DNA of 64,000 nt from an uncultured Clostridium sp. (GTDB lineage Bacteria; Bacillota; Clostridia; TANB77; CAG-508). Every line of letters starts with the position of its first letter. The stretch's first letter is position 1. Location: NCBI GenBank assembly GCA_945919455.1, contig CAMEJH010000003.1, positions 807 to 64,806 of the forward strand, read 5' to 3'. This document shows positions 9,075-18,587 of this stretch, one piece after another. The notes below the pieces were generated by a model that was not told where the DNA came from, did not search any database, and worked only from the letters and a program-made list of their open reading frames with translations. The position numbers were made by a program, and so were the translations under genes.

Positions 9075-10997
9075 TTATACAAATATATTATAAACTAAAG
9101 TAGTACACATACAAAGCAAAACACCACAAATAGTAGGAAGAACAAAAGCAAGAGCAGTCCATTTTAAACTACCAGTTTCTTTTTTTATAGAAAGCAAAGT
9201 AGTACCACAAGGAAAATGTAAAACAATAAAAATCATAACATTAATGGCAGTTAAAATAGTCCAACCATTTTGAATAAGAATATTACCAATAGCAAAAGTA
9301 TCATTTAAGTTACTTAAAGAAGTACCACCAAGATATCCCATCAAAATAATAGGAAGAACAATTTCATTTGCAGGAAGTGCTAATAAAAAGGCAGTTAAAA
9401 TATATCCATCAAGTCCCATAAGTTTTGCAAAAGGGTTTAAAAAGTTAGCAACAATACTAAGTAAACTAGAACCACCAATTCCAATATTGGCAAAAATCCA
9501 AATAACTAGCCCAGCAGGAACTGCAACACTTAAAGCTCTACCAAGAACAAAAATAGTTCTATCAAAAATAGATCTAACAATAATCTTTCCAAACTGCGGT
9601 TTTCTATAAGGAGGAAGTTCCAATACAAAAGAAGAGGGCATTCCTTTTAGAATAGTATGTGATAATAGTTTAGAGATTAGTAAAGACATTATTATTCCAA
9701 GTAAAATTACACAAACTACTGCTAATGTAGAAACAATAGAAGCGGTAAAACCTGTAAAACTAGCTGCTATAAAAATTGTAGCAATTGTAATTAAAAAAGG
9801 AAATCTACCATTACATGGAACAAATGCATTTGTCAAAATTGCAATTAAACGTTCTCGAGGAGAATCTATAATTTTGCATCCACAAACACCAGCTGCATTA
9901 CAACCAATCCCCATGCACATAGTAATCATTTGTTTACCATTAGTACATGCTTTTTTAAAGCACTTATCCATATTAAAAGCAATACGAGGTAAATAGCCCA
10001 AATCTTCCATAATAGTAAACAATGGAAAAAATATAGCCATCGGTGGTAGCATAACAGCAATAATCCAAGTAACAGTTTGATAAACTCCAAGAATAAGCAT
10101 AGAAGAAAGCCACTCAGGCATATGTATAGTTTTAGCGCCAATAATTAATTTTTCTTGGAGCCAGCTAAAAAAATTAGAAAGGATAGAAGATGGATAATTT
10201 GCTCCAACAATAGTAATCCAAAAAATCAATCCTAAAAAGAGTAACATGATTGGAATTCCTAAAGTTTTTGATGTAAGAACTTTGTCAATATTTCGAGTAA
10301 AAGAAGTATAATCACTTCTTTCAAAAGAGCAAACCTTATCACATATTTCTTCACAATGTTTTATAATAATAGAAGGAATTTCATCTGAAGTAACACCATC
10401 TGGATAAACAATTTTCTTTGGGCACATAGCAGTTTCTCCAGAGCAGACTTTGTATATAGTATTTAGCAAATTATCAAGAGTTTTTTTCTTTCTAGCAGTA
10501 GTTCCAACAACAGGAACGCCAAGTAGATCTGAAAGCAGATCTAAATCAATTTTAATTTTTTTCTTTTTAGCTTCATCAAGTAAATTAACACAAACAATAA
10601 CATTAGGAGTAATATCCATAATTTGAAAAACTAAATTTAAATTTCTTTCTAAGCAAGTAGCATCAACAACTACAACTGTAGCATCAGAAATATCAGAACG
10701 AATAAAATCACTTGCTATTTCTTCTTCTTTAGAATGAGTAGTAATAGAATAAGTTCCAGGAATATCAACAAACAAAAATTTTTTATCTAGATATGTACAC
10801 TGACCGGCAGCATTACTAACAGTTTTTCCAGTCCAATTGCCAGTATGTTGATTCATACCAGTTAAACCATTAAAAACAGTAGACTTTCCAACATTAGGAT
10901 TACCAGCGAGAGTAATAGTAAAATCAGCTTGATCCTTTAAAAGGGTAAAATTTTCGTTTAATAAATTAGAACCAGTAGAAGCAGATGTTAGTCCCAT
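9075..10997 (-). CDS. feoB: Ferrous iron transporter FeoB
   Basis: N-terminal G-domain (GNPNVGKSTVFN, DIPGTYS) followed by a polytopic permease with Gate motifs. 640 aa. No feoA is visible upstream. Confidence 0.9.
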   Translation of the reverse strand: MGLTSASTGSNLLNENFTLLKDQADFTITLAGNPNVGKSTVFNGLTGMNQHTGNWTGKTVSNAAGQCTYLDKKFLFVDIPGTYSITTHSKEEEIASDFIRSDISDATVVVVDATCLERNLNLVFQIMDITPNVIVCVNLLDEAKKKKIKIDLDLLSDLLGVPVVGTTARKKKTLDNLLNTIYKVCSGETAMCPKKIVYPDGVTSDEIPSIIIKHCEEICDKVCSFERSDYTSFTRNIDKVLTSKTLGIPIMLLFLGLIFWITIVGANYPSSILSNFFSWLQEKLIIGAKTIHMPEWLSSMLILGVYQTVTWIIAVMLPPMAIFFPLFTIMEDLGYLPRIAFNMDKCFKKACTNGKQMITMCMGIGCNAAGVCGCKIIDSPRERLIAILTNAFVPCNGRFPFLITIATIFIAASFTGFTASIVSTLAVVCVILLGIIMSLLISKLLSHTILKGMPSSFVLELPPYRKPQFGKIIVRSIFDRTIFVLGRALSVAVPAGLVIWIFANIGIGGSSLLSIVANFLNPFAKLMGLDGYILTAFLLALPANEIVLPIILMGYLGGTSLSNLNDTFAIGNILIQNGWTILTAINVMIFIVLHFPCGTTLLSIKKETGSLKWTALAFVLPTICGVLLCMCTTLVYNIFV

Positions 10998-11105
10998 AAA
11001 AACCTCCTTAACATATAATATGAAAAATAATAAAAAAAGTTAAAAAAATAAAGACAAAAAAGCATTAATATGATATAATCTTAAAATAAGAAAGGGCGAA
11101 TACGG

Positions 11106-12422
11106 ATGAATATTAGATTATGTAGAAAAAAAGGTAACCCAACAAGAAAAGGAAAATATATAGATAAAGAAATAGCAGTACAACTTATAGAAATAAGCAG
11201 AGGAGTAAGAGCTTTTAGAGAAAAAAAATATGCCAAAGCAGCACAATATTTAGAAAAAAAAGCTCAAAATCCAAAGGCAACAGACCGTATAAAATTTATT
11301 GTTGGAGCAAGTTATACAGAAATAAAAGTACATGAAAAAGAAGCAGCAGATTTATTAAAATCAATAATTCAAAAATATAAAGATGATCCTAAAGAAAAAA
11401 GGCCATTAGTGTATTCTGGAGCAATGCTAGAATATGCAAAGATTCAATTAAGAAATGACCTAACCGAATTTGCAATATATCTTTTAGAAGACATAACAAT
11501 ACAAAACGGAAAAGAAAACTTATATGCATTAACAGAATTGGCACAAGCATATGATATGCAAGCACAAGTTTTAAGGGAAAAAGAAAAAAATGAAGAAGCA
11601 TTAGAGGCAGAAAAAAAAGCAGAAAAAACATGTTTAAAATGCAAAGAACTATCAATAGGAAATCCAAAACTAATAAAAGTAACACTTTCAGCAAGAACAT
11701 TATTGGGAATATTGTATATAAGACAAGGTAGAATTTCTATGGCTGAACAAGAATTTAGTGCAGTAAAAGTAATTTGTCCAGAAAGCAAAATAAAAAGTAA
11801 TTTATCTGATATGAATTATATAGAATTATTCAAACACACGTATTTTAAAGAAGAAAGCGAAGAAGATGTTAACAAAAGAATAAAAAGATTAGAAAAAAAA
11901 TTAGAAGCAATAGAGAATGGTGAAGAAGAGCAGAAAAAAGAATATGCAAGAGAACTAAATGCAGTAAGCAGAATAGAATATTATGAAGAATTATCACCAG
12001 AATTAAAAATATCTAATGGAATAGACATATTTGCTGGATTCAAAATGTATGAATATCCAAGTAAAGGAATATGTGTTATAGACAAAATATTTAGTGAAAT
12101 AAAAGATGGAAAAAAAATAGTAGGAACAACATATATATTCCCATTAAATATAACATTTGAATTAACAAAATTATCTAGATATGAAGTATTAAAAATGCTT
12201 TCAACAGAAAATAGCATACAAAAACAAGAACATAAAGGAGACTATTACAATTTAGTTCAAGAAAAAATGAAAAGAGCTGAACTAGAAGGTTTAATTATAG
12301 AAGAAAAGGGATTAAAAGAAAAAGAAGAAGAGATAGAAAAATTGACCAAAAGAAAAGAACAATTAGAAAAAGAATTAAATGGAAAAATTCCAGAAGAAAA
12401 CAAAAAAGAAGGAGAACAATAA
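11106..12422 (+). CDS. Hypothetical protein, helical-repeat (TPR-like) N-half and Glu/Lys-rich coiled-coil tail
   Basis: 438-aa ORF with coding-like composition. I recognise no catalytic motif. Confidence 0.5.
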   Translation: MNIRLCRKKGNPTRKGKYIDKEIAVQLIEISRGVRAFREKKYAKAAQYLEKKAQNPKATDRIKFIVGASYTEIKVHEKEAADLLKSIIQKYKDDPKEKRPLVYSGAMLEYAKIQLRNDLTEFAIYLLEDITIQNGKENLYALTELAQAYDMQAQVLREKEKNEEALEAEKKAEKTCLKCKELSIGNPKLIKVTLSARTLLGILYIRQGRISMAEQEFSAVKVICPESKIKSNLSDMNYIELFKHTYFKEESEEDVNKRIKRLEKKLEAIENGEEEQKKEYARELNAVSRIEYYEELSPELKISNGIDIFAGFKMYEYPSKGICVIDKIFSEIKDGKKIVGTTYIFPLNITFELTKLSRYEVLKMLSTENSIQKQEHKGDYYNLVQEKMKRAELEGLIIEEKGLKEKEEEIEKLTKRKEQLEKELNGKIPEENKKEGEQ

Positions 12423-12441
12423 ATTGGATAATAATAAATGG

Positions 12442-13287
12442 ATGATTGTAAAAAAAGAAAAAATGTCAACTAAAATAAAAAACTATTTTAAAAATATTTT
12501 TTCTAAAATATTGAATCAAGGCAAGAAAAATAAAAATAAATCAAAAGGAATATGGCCAAAAAAACAACAAGAACCAGTAAATATTAACCATAATAATGAA
12601 ATAAAAGAGAAAACTAAAAAAACAGAACATATGCAACAACCGAAATCTAAAACAGTAGTTGAACAAACAAAAGGAAAAAAAGAAATAACAATTGAAGTTA
12701 AACCAAATAAAAGAAAACCAAGAGAAATAGTAATAGAATATGAGAACAAAAACAAACCTAAGAAAAAAGAAATTGTTGTTGAATATGAACATAAAAATAA
12801 AAAAGTACAAAATGTTAAGCCAAAGCCAACTGAAGCAAATGTTAATAGCAAAAATCAAGTAAAAAAAGAAATAAAAGTAGAGCAACAACCTGTAAAGCAA
12901 AATAAAATACAATTAGAAACAAAACCAATAAAAGTAGAAGTAAAACAGAAAAACACTATAAAAAAACAGGTTAAAGAACAAAAAAAAGAAGAACCACAAT
13001 TAGCATTAAAACCAGTTAAGCCAAAAAAAGAAAAAAAACCGATTAATATTAATATTAATATATTCCAGTTATTTAAAGATAAAGAAAGAAAGAAAAGAAA
13101 AGAAATTTTAAATAGAATTAGAGAAAATAAAGTTGATGATTATGAAACTATATCTACAAAAGCCAAACTATCAAAAGGAAGTATAGCAGTTGATGATGTT
13201 GATGCAAATGAATTAGATCCACTTATAGATTTATATAGAGATAGTAATACTAAACTAAGAAATAGGATAAAAGAATCTCAACAATAA
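12442..13287 (+). CDS. Lysine-rich low-complexity protein with internal repeats
   Basis: Repeat units K(P)REIVIEYENKNK / KKEIVVEYEHKNK. The start is uncertain (ATGs at 12379, 12442 and 12463, none with a strong RBS). Confidence 0.45.
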   Translation: MIVKKEKMSTKIKNYFKNIFSKILNQGKKNKNKSKGIWPKKQQEPVNINHNNEIKEKTKKTEHMQQPKSKTVVEQTKGKKEITIEVKPNKRKPREIVIEYENKNKPKKKEIVVEYEHKNKKVQNVKPKPTEANVNSKNQVKKEIKVEQQPVKQNKIQLETKPIKVEVKQKNTIKKQVKEQKKEEPQLALKPVKPKKEKKPINININIFQLFKDKERKKRKEILNRIRENKVDDYETISTKAKLSKGSIAVDDVDANELDPLIDLYRDSNTKLRNRIKESQQ

Positions 13288-13321
13288 AAAAAGCGACAGA
13301 GAATTCTCTGTCGCTTTTTTA
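13286..13321. terminator. Bidirectional rho-independent terminator
   Basis: Stem gcgacagag (13293-13301), loop aatt, stem ctctgtcgc (13306-13314). It is flanked by an A-run and a T-run and sits between convergent genes. Confidence 0.85.
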
Positions 13322-13332
13322 GGAGTTACCTC

Positions 13333-14289
13333 TTATCCCAAAACCCTGAAAGCATCCAAGATTTTGGAAACAGCATCCAGCTTGGAGGCAACCTCGACGG
13401 GGTCGAATCCGGTGTCCTTAACCTTGTTGCAAACATCCAGAAAAGCCTCAAAGACTTCAGGATTTGCAACTACGTCACTGGACGTAAGCTGCCTGGAAAC
13501 AGTTTCGGAAGCATTTTCTTCGGGCTTTGCTTCTTCAACCTTGGGAGTCTCGGGAGCAGTAGGAACCTCAGCTTCGGCAGGCTGCTGTTCAGTGTTGCGG
13601 TCCTGATGTTCCTGGAGCATTTGACCAAGGTTTGCCATAGGAGTATTGGGCTTCGAAAGCTTTCGCTTTTCTTCCCACATTGCGGAAAAAAGATCAGCAA
13701 TCTGCTGGGCATATGGCTTGAGGTAAAGGGCCTCTTCGTAGCCGAAGTGCAGGCTGCGGATTCCGCCAAAGTAATTTTCCTCACGAGGATTTTTCAGAAG
13801 AGCAAGGGTTCGACTGATAGTGTCCTCTGTGTAACAGTTGACAAGAGCCGAGCATGCACGGAAGACGATCACCGTAGTGATAATGTCTTGACCAGTAGCA
13901 TTGTTGAAAGCTTCAAAAGCTTCCTTGCAACTGTCCGGGACAGAAACTTCGGGGAAATTGCTGATGAGATTACGCTGATAGCGCAGCTCATTTCTGAAAG
14001 ACTTGACAAGGTCTTCAGAGATGAAGTCAACATTTTCGGCTTCCTCTTCCGAGACGGTGGCAGGATCAATGGAAGTGAATCCAAAGGTCCGCAGTACCAA
14101 CTCGGGTTTGTAGGTGAGCTTCCAGATAGTGCTCAAAGCCGTTTCTGCAGTCATGGAGTTGACTGAAAGAACAGCCTGGACAAACTTGTCATGGAGTTCC
14201 TCGGGAATTTTGTCTCCAAACTTCTTAGGACGGAACTGAATATCAGTGCTGGTGATGGGCTGAGAAGTAATAATGATGTCGTTGTTCAT
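13333..14289 (-). CDS. Hypothetical protein encoded by a compositionally foreign (high-GC) gene
   Basis: 318-aa ORF with RBS aggagg 7 nt upstream of the ATG and an AT-rich promoter-like region containing tataat at 14290-14345. GC is about 45-47% in two hand-counted 60-nt samples, against about 25% in the flank. The protein has a Pro/Glu/Ala-rich linker (EQQPAEAEVPTAPETPKVEEAKPEE) between two domains. Confidence 0.75.
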   Translation of the reverse strand: MNNDIIITSQPITSTDIQFRPKKFGDKIPEELHDKFVQAVLSVNSMTAETALSTIWKLTYKPELVLRTFGFTSIDPATVSEEEAENVDFISEDLVKSFRNELRYQRNLISNFPEVSVPDSCKEAFEAFNNATGQDIITTVIVFRACSALVNCYTEDTISRTLALLKNPREENYFGGIRSLHFGYEEALYLKPYAQQIADLFSAMWEEKRKLSKPNTPMANLGQMLQEHQDRNTEQQPAEAEVPTAPETPKVEEAKPEENASETVSRQLTSSDVVANPEVFEAFLDVCNKVKDTGFDPVEVASKLDAVSKILDAFRVLG

Positions 14290-14382
14290 AGAGCAACCTC
14301 CTAAAAATAAATATTGTATACATAATATTATACTATATTTTCTAAATTATGTCAATTTGGTTCATCTTTAGGAATAAAATGA

Positions 14383-15523
14383 CTATGCTAAAATAGCACT
14401 CAAAACTAAAATTCCTAAATTATCAGAATAAATTTTGTCAAATTGATAAAGAGGAAGAGGACTTTGGCCTAAGCCAACTTCAATTGTATATCCAGGCCTA
14501 TTAAAATCTTGAATAAACCAATCTTTATATCCTGCAAAACTAGAGTTATATGGAGTACTCTCAAGAGAATAACCACTAACAATGGATAATTGAGTACCTA
14601 TATAAAATGCTCTAGGAGGATTGTAATTTTGAAATTGCCAGTAAATAACTTCTCCTTGTGCATGATATGCCAAAATAAGTCTAAAATTATGTCTAAGCGT
14701 AAAATTATATACCGCAAGAGATTCTGGTTCAGTAAGAGGTCCGAAAACCAACAAAATCACGAGGTGCTGGTTGAGTAAATCCTTGTGAAAATTTAATTTG
14801 CTTTGCTTGTTCCCAGCCAGCAGGAAATTGTAAATTTAAATCTATACCTCTAATATTTGCTTTCCATCCATCAGTAAAAGGAATAGAAGGATAATTATTT
14901 GCAATTCTTTGAGCAGATAGATACAAAGGAGAACCCACAGGAATCTCACCAGTAACTAAATCTACACCATCAGGATTAACCATAGGAATGATATAAATAG
15001 TAGCATTATCATATAAACTTCTGGCAGAATAACCAAATATAGATAAATTGTTCTGATAAGTATAACAATAATCAGCCAGAAATTTCATTAGCACAACAGA
15101 AGTAATCCATTCATTTGCATGGAAAGAAGCAGAATAAAAGACTTCTTTTTGACCACGACCAATTTTAATATAAGGAATATTTTTACCTAAAACACTTTTT
15201 CCAGCAGAACCTATGCTTATAAAAGGATAAAGCATTCTTAAAGAATTTAAATTAATATTTAAAATACTAGAACTATAACTGATATTAGTTGGAATAATAA
15301 ATCCAAGAGCGCCATTAATATAAGGAGATAAAGCATTCCAAGTAGTAGCTCCAACAATGCCATCAGGAAAAAGTCCAAAATTTCTTTGAAAAGCTAAAAC
15401 AGCATAAAGAGTAGTAGTACCAAAAATTCCATCAATAATTCCAGTATAAAATCCAAGTTTTTGCAACAAATTTTGTAAAAATTCTACCATTGGACCAGTA
15501 GATCCAAGCCTTAAAGTTTTCAT
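14383..15523 (-). pseudogene. Gamma-D-glutamyl-meso-diaminopimelate peptidase (M14 family with N-terminal peptidoglycan-binding domain), interrupted by a frameshift
   Basis: ORF 14729..15523 carries PG_binding_1 ([29 protein letters not shown]) and the zinc motif HANEW. ORF 14383..14760 continues in another frame with the conserved C-half ([31 protein letters not shown]). The two ORFs overlap at 14729-14760. Confidence 0.75.
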
Positions 15524-15779
15524 AAAATCACCTAAGACATATTATGAAAAAAATTATACAATGTTTACAAAAAAATTATTAATGATAAATAGATAAAACA
15601 AATTCTAATATTACAAAAGATACAATGGAATAGAATATATTGTTAAATATAATGATATTAATATTGTAATCTTGATTAAATATATGCTATAATAATTATT
15701 GCGTATGGAATTTCCAAAGTAACTTTTCCTATGTGTATTTAATAATAATTATTATAATATAAATTTAGGAGGAAAAATC

Positions 15780-16439
15780 ATGGTTATAACTAAGGCAGAA
15801 CCAGCAAATGGTGTGCATCGGATTGTTGTTGATAGTGATATAAAAGTGAAAATGTCTGGGTGCAATACAAATGAAATAATTGCTTGTGTTTATGGTGTAA
15901 GTATGGAGGATAAAGAGGCTAAACTTTCTGTTACGAGATTTGGCGATGAAATAATGGTATTTGTAAGAGCAGGAAAGCCTACGAATAGCAGAGTGTCTGG
16001 CAAAGAGGGGAGTGCTAATGTAGTTGGCTCGGATAAAGAAAGTGGTTTTACTCTGAATGTTCAAATACCTACTAAAGTATTTGAAAAGATCTATGTTAAA
16101 AGCAAAAATTCTAACATTGACCTGAAATCTTCTGTTCATGCTAATACCATTACAGCTGATAATAAAAACGGAAATGTTTATATATCAGCGATTTTTAAAA
16201 CACTTAATATCGATTGTGAAAATGGCAATGTTGAGGTTGATACAGAAGCGTGTGGTGACATCAAATTGAATATTACAAACAAAAATGGTAATGTTGATGT
16301 AATTATTGAAAACATTGGTGTTTATGAAGTATTGGTTGATTCTAAGAATGGCACTTGCAGAAACAATCCAAAATTAAAAGGAAAATATACCGTGTCTGGT
16401 TATATTATGACTAGAAATGGTCATACGAAAATTCACTAA
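15780..16439 (+). CDS. DUF4097-like beta-strand repeat protein (putative adhesin family)
   Basis: Repeated KNGNVxV / ENGNVEV strands typical of DUF4097. RBS aggagg. GC is somewhat higher than the surroundings. Confidence 0.6.
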   Translation: MVITKAEPANGVHRIVVDSDIKVKMSGCNTNEIIACVYGVSMEDKEAKLSVTRFGDEIMVFVRAGKPTNSRVSGKEGSANVVGSDKESGFTLNVQIPTKVFEKIYVKSKNSNIDLKSSVHANTITADNKNGNVYISAIFKTLNIDCENGNVEVDTEACGDIKLNITNKNGNVDVIIENIGVYEVLVDSKNGTCRNNPKLKGKYTVSGYIMTRNGHTKIH

Positions 16440-16446
16440 ATGATTT

Positions 16447-16486
16447 TACCGGCTCTCTTTTTATAATATAAGAGAGCCGGTTTTAT
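16447..16486 (+). terminator. Rho-independent terminator
   Basis: ccggctctct (16449-16458) pairs with agagagccgg (16471-16480), followed by TTTT. Confidence 0.85.
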
Positions 16487-16614
16487 TTTTAAATAATTAC
16501 GTCGGAATGATCACTTTTATAAATTTAAAAATTTCTTATTAATTCATTGTTAAAATAAATAAATAATGGTAAGATATAGTTATATTTGTTATTTAAGTAA
16601 GAGGAGGTGAAAAA

Positions 16615-17394
16615 ATGGAAGAAAATAAAGTGAAAAGAATAAGTTTATCTACATTTTTGCTAATAATAGCTATTATTGTAATTATTATCATGGCATATTT
16701 TTTGTATAAAATTAATAATGAAAGAATAGTAAAAACAGAAGAAGTTATTAGTTTACAAAATGAAGTTAGTAACTTGGAAAGTAAAGTTAATAGTTTAAAC
16801 GAAAAAATAAATAACAATTCAAATACAAATAATGATAATATTAATTACATCGAGATGACAGAAGCAAATTATCAAACATATAATAGTAATGGATATCGAT
16901 TTGAAATATCTGATATGATTAGTAATACTGATAGTACAGTAACAATAAAAGGAAGAGTATATAAATTAAAAGATTTACCTACTTTGAGCCAAAAGCAATA
17001 TCAAGATTTACTTGAAGGAAAAACTATAACTTTAATGGATTATGAAATGAAAATAAGCGAAGATGAAAACGGAAAGGATTCAGGACATGATTTTCTAATA
17101 GAATCAACAGGAGATTGGATAAAATTCTATGTAGACCAAAATAGTGACGGAACAGGAAAATTATCTGATTATACTGAAGCAGCACTATATGAAAGCACAG
17201 ATATATATATGCAAATAACTGTTGATAACAGTATATCAACAAAATCTGGATATGGAGATATTTCCTTAAAACAGTATTTAAATAATTGGATAGGTAAAAA
17301 AGAACTAAAAGATACTGAACTGTTACCTGGTTATAATACAGAATTTATTTTTGAAAACGGAAAATGTAGTTCAATATTATTTACTAGTGTATAA
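16615..17394 (+). CDS. Membrane-anchored hypothetical protein with a short coiled coil
   Basis: RBS gaggaggtg, N-terminal TM (LSTFLLIIAIIVIIIMAYFLY) and heptad-like VISLQNEVSNLESKVNSLNEKI. Confidence 0.55.
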   Translation: MEENKVKRISLSTFLLIIAIIVIIIMAYFLYKINNERIVKTEEVISLQNEVSNLESKVNSLNEKINNNSNTNNDNINYIEMTEANYQTYNSNGYRFEISDMISNTDSTVTIKGRVYKLKDLPTLSQKQYQDLLEGKTITLMDYEMKISEDENGKDSGHDFLIESTGDWIKFYVDQNSDGTGKLSDYTEAALYESTDIYMQITVDNSISTKSGYGDISLKQYLNNWIGKKELKDTELLPGYNTEFIFENGKCSSILFTSV

Positions 17395-17410
17395 TATTGT
17401 TTGGAAAAAT

Positions 17411-17445
17411 AGAGCTAAATCTGCACATTTAGCTCTACTTTTATT
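17411..17445 (+). terminator. Rho-independent terminator
   Basis: agagctaaat (17411-17420) pairs with atttagctct (17427-17436), followed by a T-rich tail. Confidence 0.7.
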
Positions 17446-17496
17446 TTAGCAACAGTAAAACACAGGGGGCCTGTGTTAGTAAAAAACTTATATTTT

Positions 17497-17850
17497 TGGT
17501 GGAGATGAGGAGAGTCGAACTCCTGTCCATAATACTTTCCACACAAACTTCTCCGAGTGCAGTTTGTTATTAAAATTCATTTAACGATCATTAACAAACA
17601 AACGACGGTTAAATATATCTATATAAGTACCCACTGTTCCTATAGAAAAAACAGCTTTGTTTCCCACTAAAATGACACCAAATTAAAATATGTGGGGATA
17701 CTTTAACAGGCGTTGCCGCAACTAGGCAGCAAATGCTAATTCTCTATTATCAGCGTTTATATTTAAATTTCCCGTTTTTTTAAGTGGCCAACGAGAATCC
17801 ACTACTCGCTATTCATGCTTCTGGTATAATGTCGAAACCATTACATCCCC
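17497..17850 (-). ncRNA. ssrA: tmRNA (SsrA)
   Basis: On the minus strand the 5' end is GGGGATGTAATGGTTTCGAC and the 3' end is GGAGTTCGACTCTCCTCATCTCCACCA (tRNA-Ala-like). The internal tag reading frame ends ...GAU AAU AGA GAA UUA GCA UUU GCU GCC UAG (..DNRELAFAA*). A downstream hairpin acacagg/cctgtgt is followed by a T-run. Confidence 0.9.
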
Positions 17851-17863
17851 ATATGCAATATAT

Positions 17864-17892
17864 ATTATAATATATTTTGTGAATAAATTCAA
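17864..17892 (-). promoter_or_regulatory. ssrA promoter candidate (TTGAAT-17-TATAAT)
   Basis: On the minus strand, TTGAAT (17892-17887), a 17-nt spacer, then TATAAT (17869-17864), about 13 nt upstream of the mature 5' end. Confidence 0.55.
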
Positions 17893-17894
17893 TA

Positions 17895-17959
17895 GGGAAA
17901 AAAGAAAACCGGGACCAAATTACCCAAAGGGAAAAAAGAGACCCGGAATAAAATTACCC
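17895..17959. repeat. Dispersed CCGG-core repeat, two tandem 31-nt units
   Basis: gggaaaaaagaaaaCCGGgaccAAATTACCC (17895-17925) and gggaaaaaagagacCCGGaataAAATTACCC (17929-17959). The pair lies between the spoVT stop codon and the ssrA -35 element. Confidence 0.7.
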
Positions 17960-18513
17960 TAAATTTCCATTTGACTTCCTAAAAAAGTAGCAGCTGACTG
18001 AGCAACCTTTTTTTCAACCTCATTCATTTTTGTATTAGCTTCTTTAGAAAGTAAAATAACTGTTCCAATAGTATCTCCATTAGAAATAATAGGATATACA
18101 ACTTGTGCATTATATTTTCTTTCATTATTATCATTTTTTGTTATTGGAACTGCAACATCGCTATTTTCTTTACTTGTATAAATTTCTTTATCTTCCATTA
18201 ATTGTTCTAACTCTTCACTTATGTTTTGCTCCAAAAATTCTTTTTTTGGTCCTCCTGAAACTGCAATTACTGTATCTTTATCTGTTATGCATGCAATATG
18301 TCCAGTTGTTTTTGAAAGTGTTTCTGCATATCCAGTAGCAAATTCTGAAAGTTCTCCAATAGGAGAATATTTTTTTAATATTACTTGGCCTTCTCTGTCT
18401 GTAAAAATTTCTAAAGGTTCACCTTCTTTTATTCTTAAAGTTTTTCTTATTTCTTTTGGTATAACAACTCTACCTAAATCATCTATTCTTCTTACAACAC
18501 CTGTTGCTTTCAT
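17959..18513 (-). CDS. spoVT: Stage V sporulation protein T (AbrB-type DNA-binding domain plus GAF-like domain)
   Basis: MKATGVVRRIDDLGRVVIPKEIRKTLRIKEGEPLEIF is the canonical SpoVT/AbrB swapped-hairpin N-terminus. The 184-aa length fits SpoVT rather than AbrB. Confidence 0.9.
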   Translation of the reverse strand: MKATGVVRRIDDLGRVVIPKEIRKTLRIKEGEPLEIFTDREGQVILKKYSPIGELSEFATGYAETLSKTTGHIACITDKDTVIAVSGGPKKEFLEQNISEELEQLMEDKEIYTSKENSDVAVPITKNDNNERKYNAQVVYPIISNGDTIGTVILLSKEANTKMNEVEKKVAQSAATFLGSQMEI

Positions 18514-18587
18514 AATTTTCCTCCTTTTTAAATTTTAAGTATACTCTTATTATGACAAAAAAGGAAAAAAATATACATTTAAAAAAA

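Noticed and set aside
13364-14166. Four additional ORFs of 71-186 aa on both strands inside 13333-14289
   Set aside because: They are a by-product of the high GC content, which gives few stop codons. None has an RBS, and all are nested in the 318-aa ORF, which has a proper RBS and start.
15765-16139. 124-aa minus-strand ORF overlapping the DUF4097 gene
   Set aside because: It has no RBS and an implausible composition. The plus-strand ORF shows the clear NGNV repeat structure.
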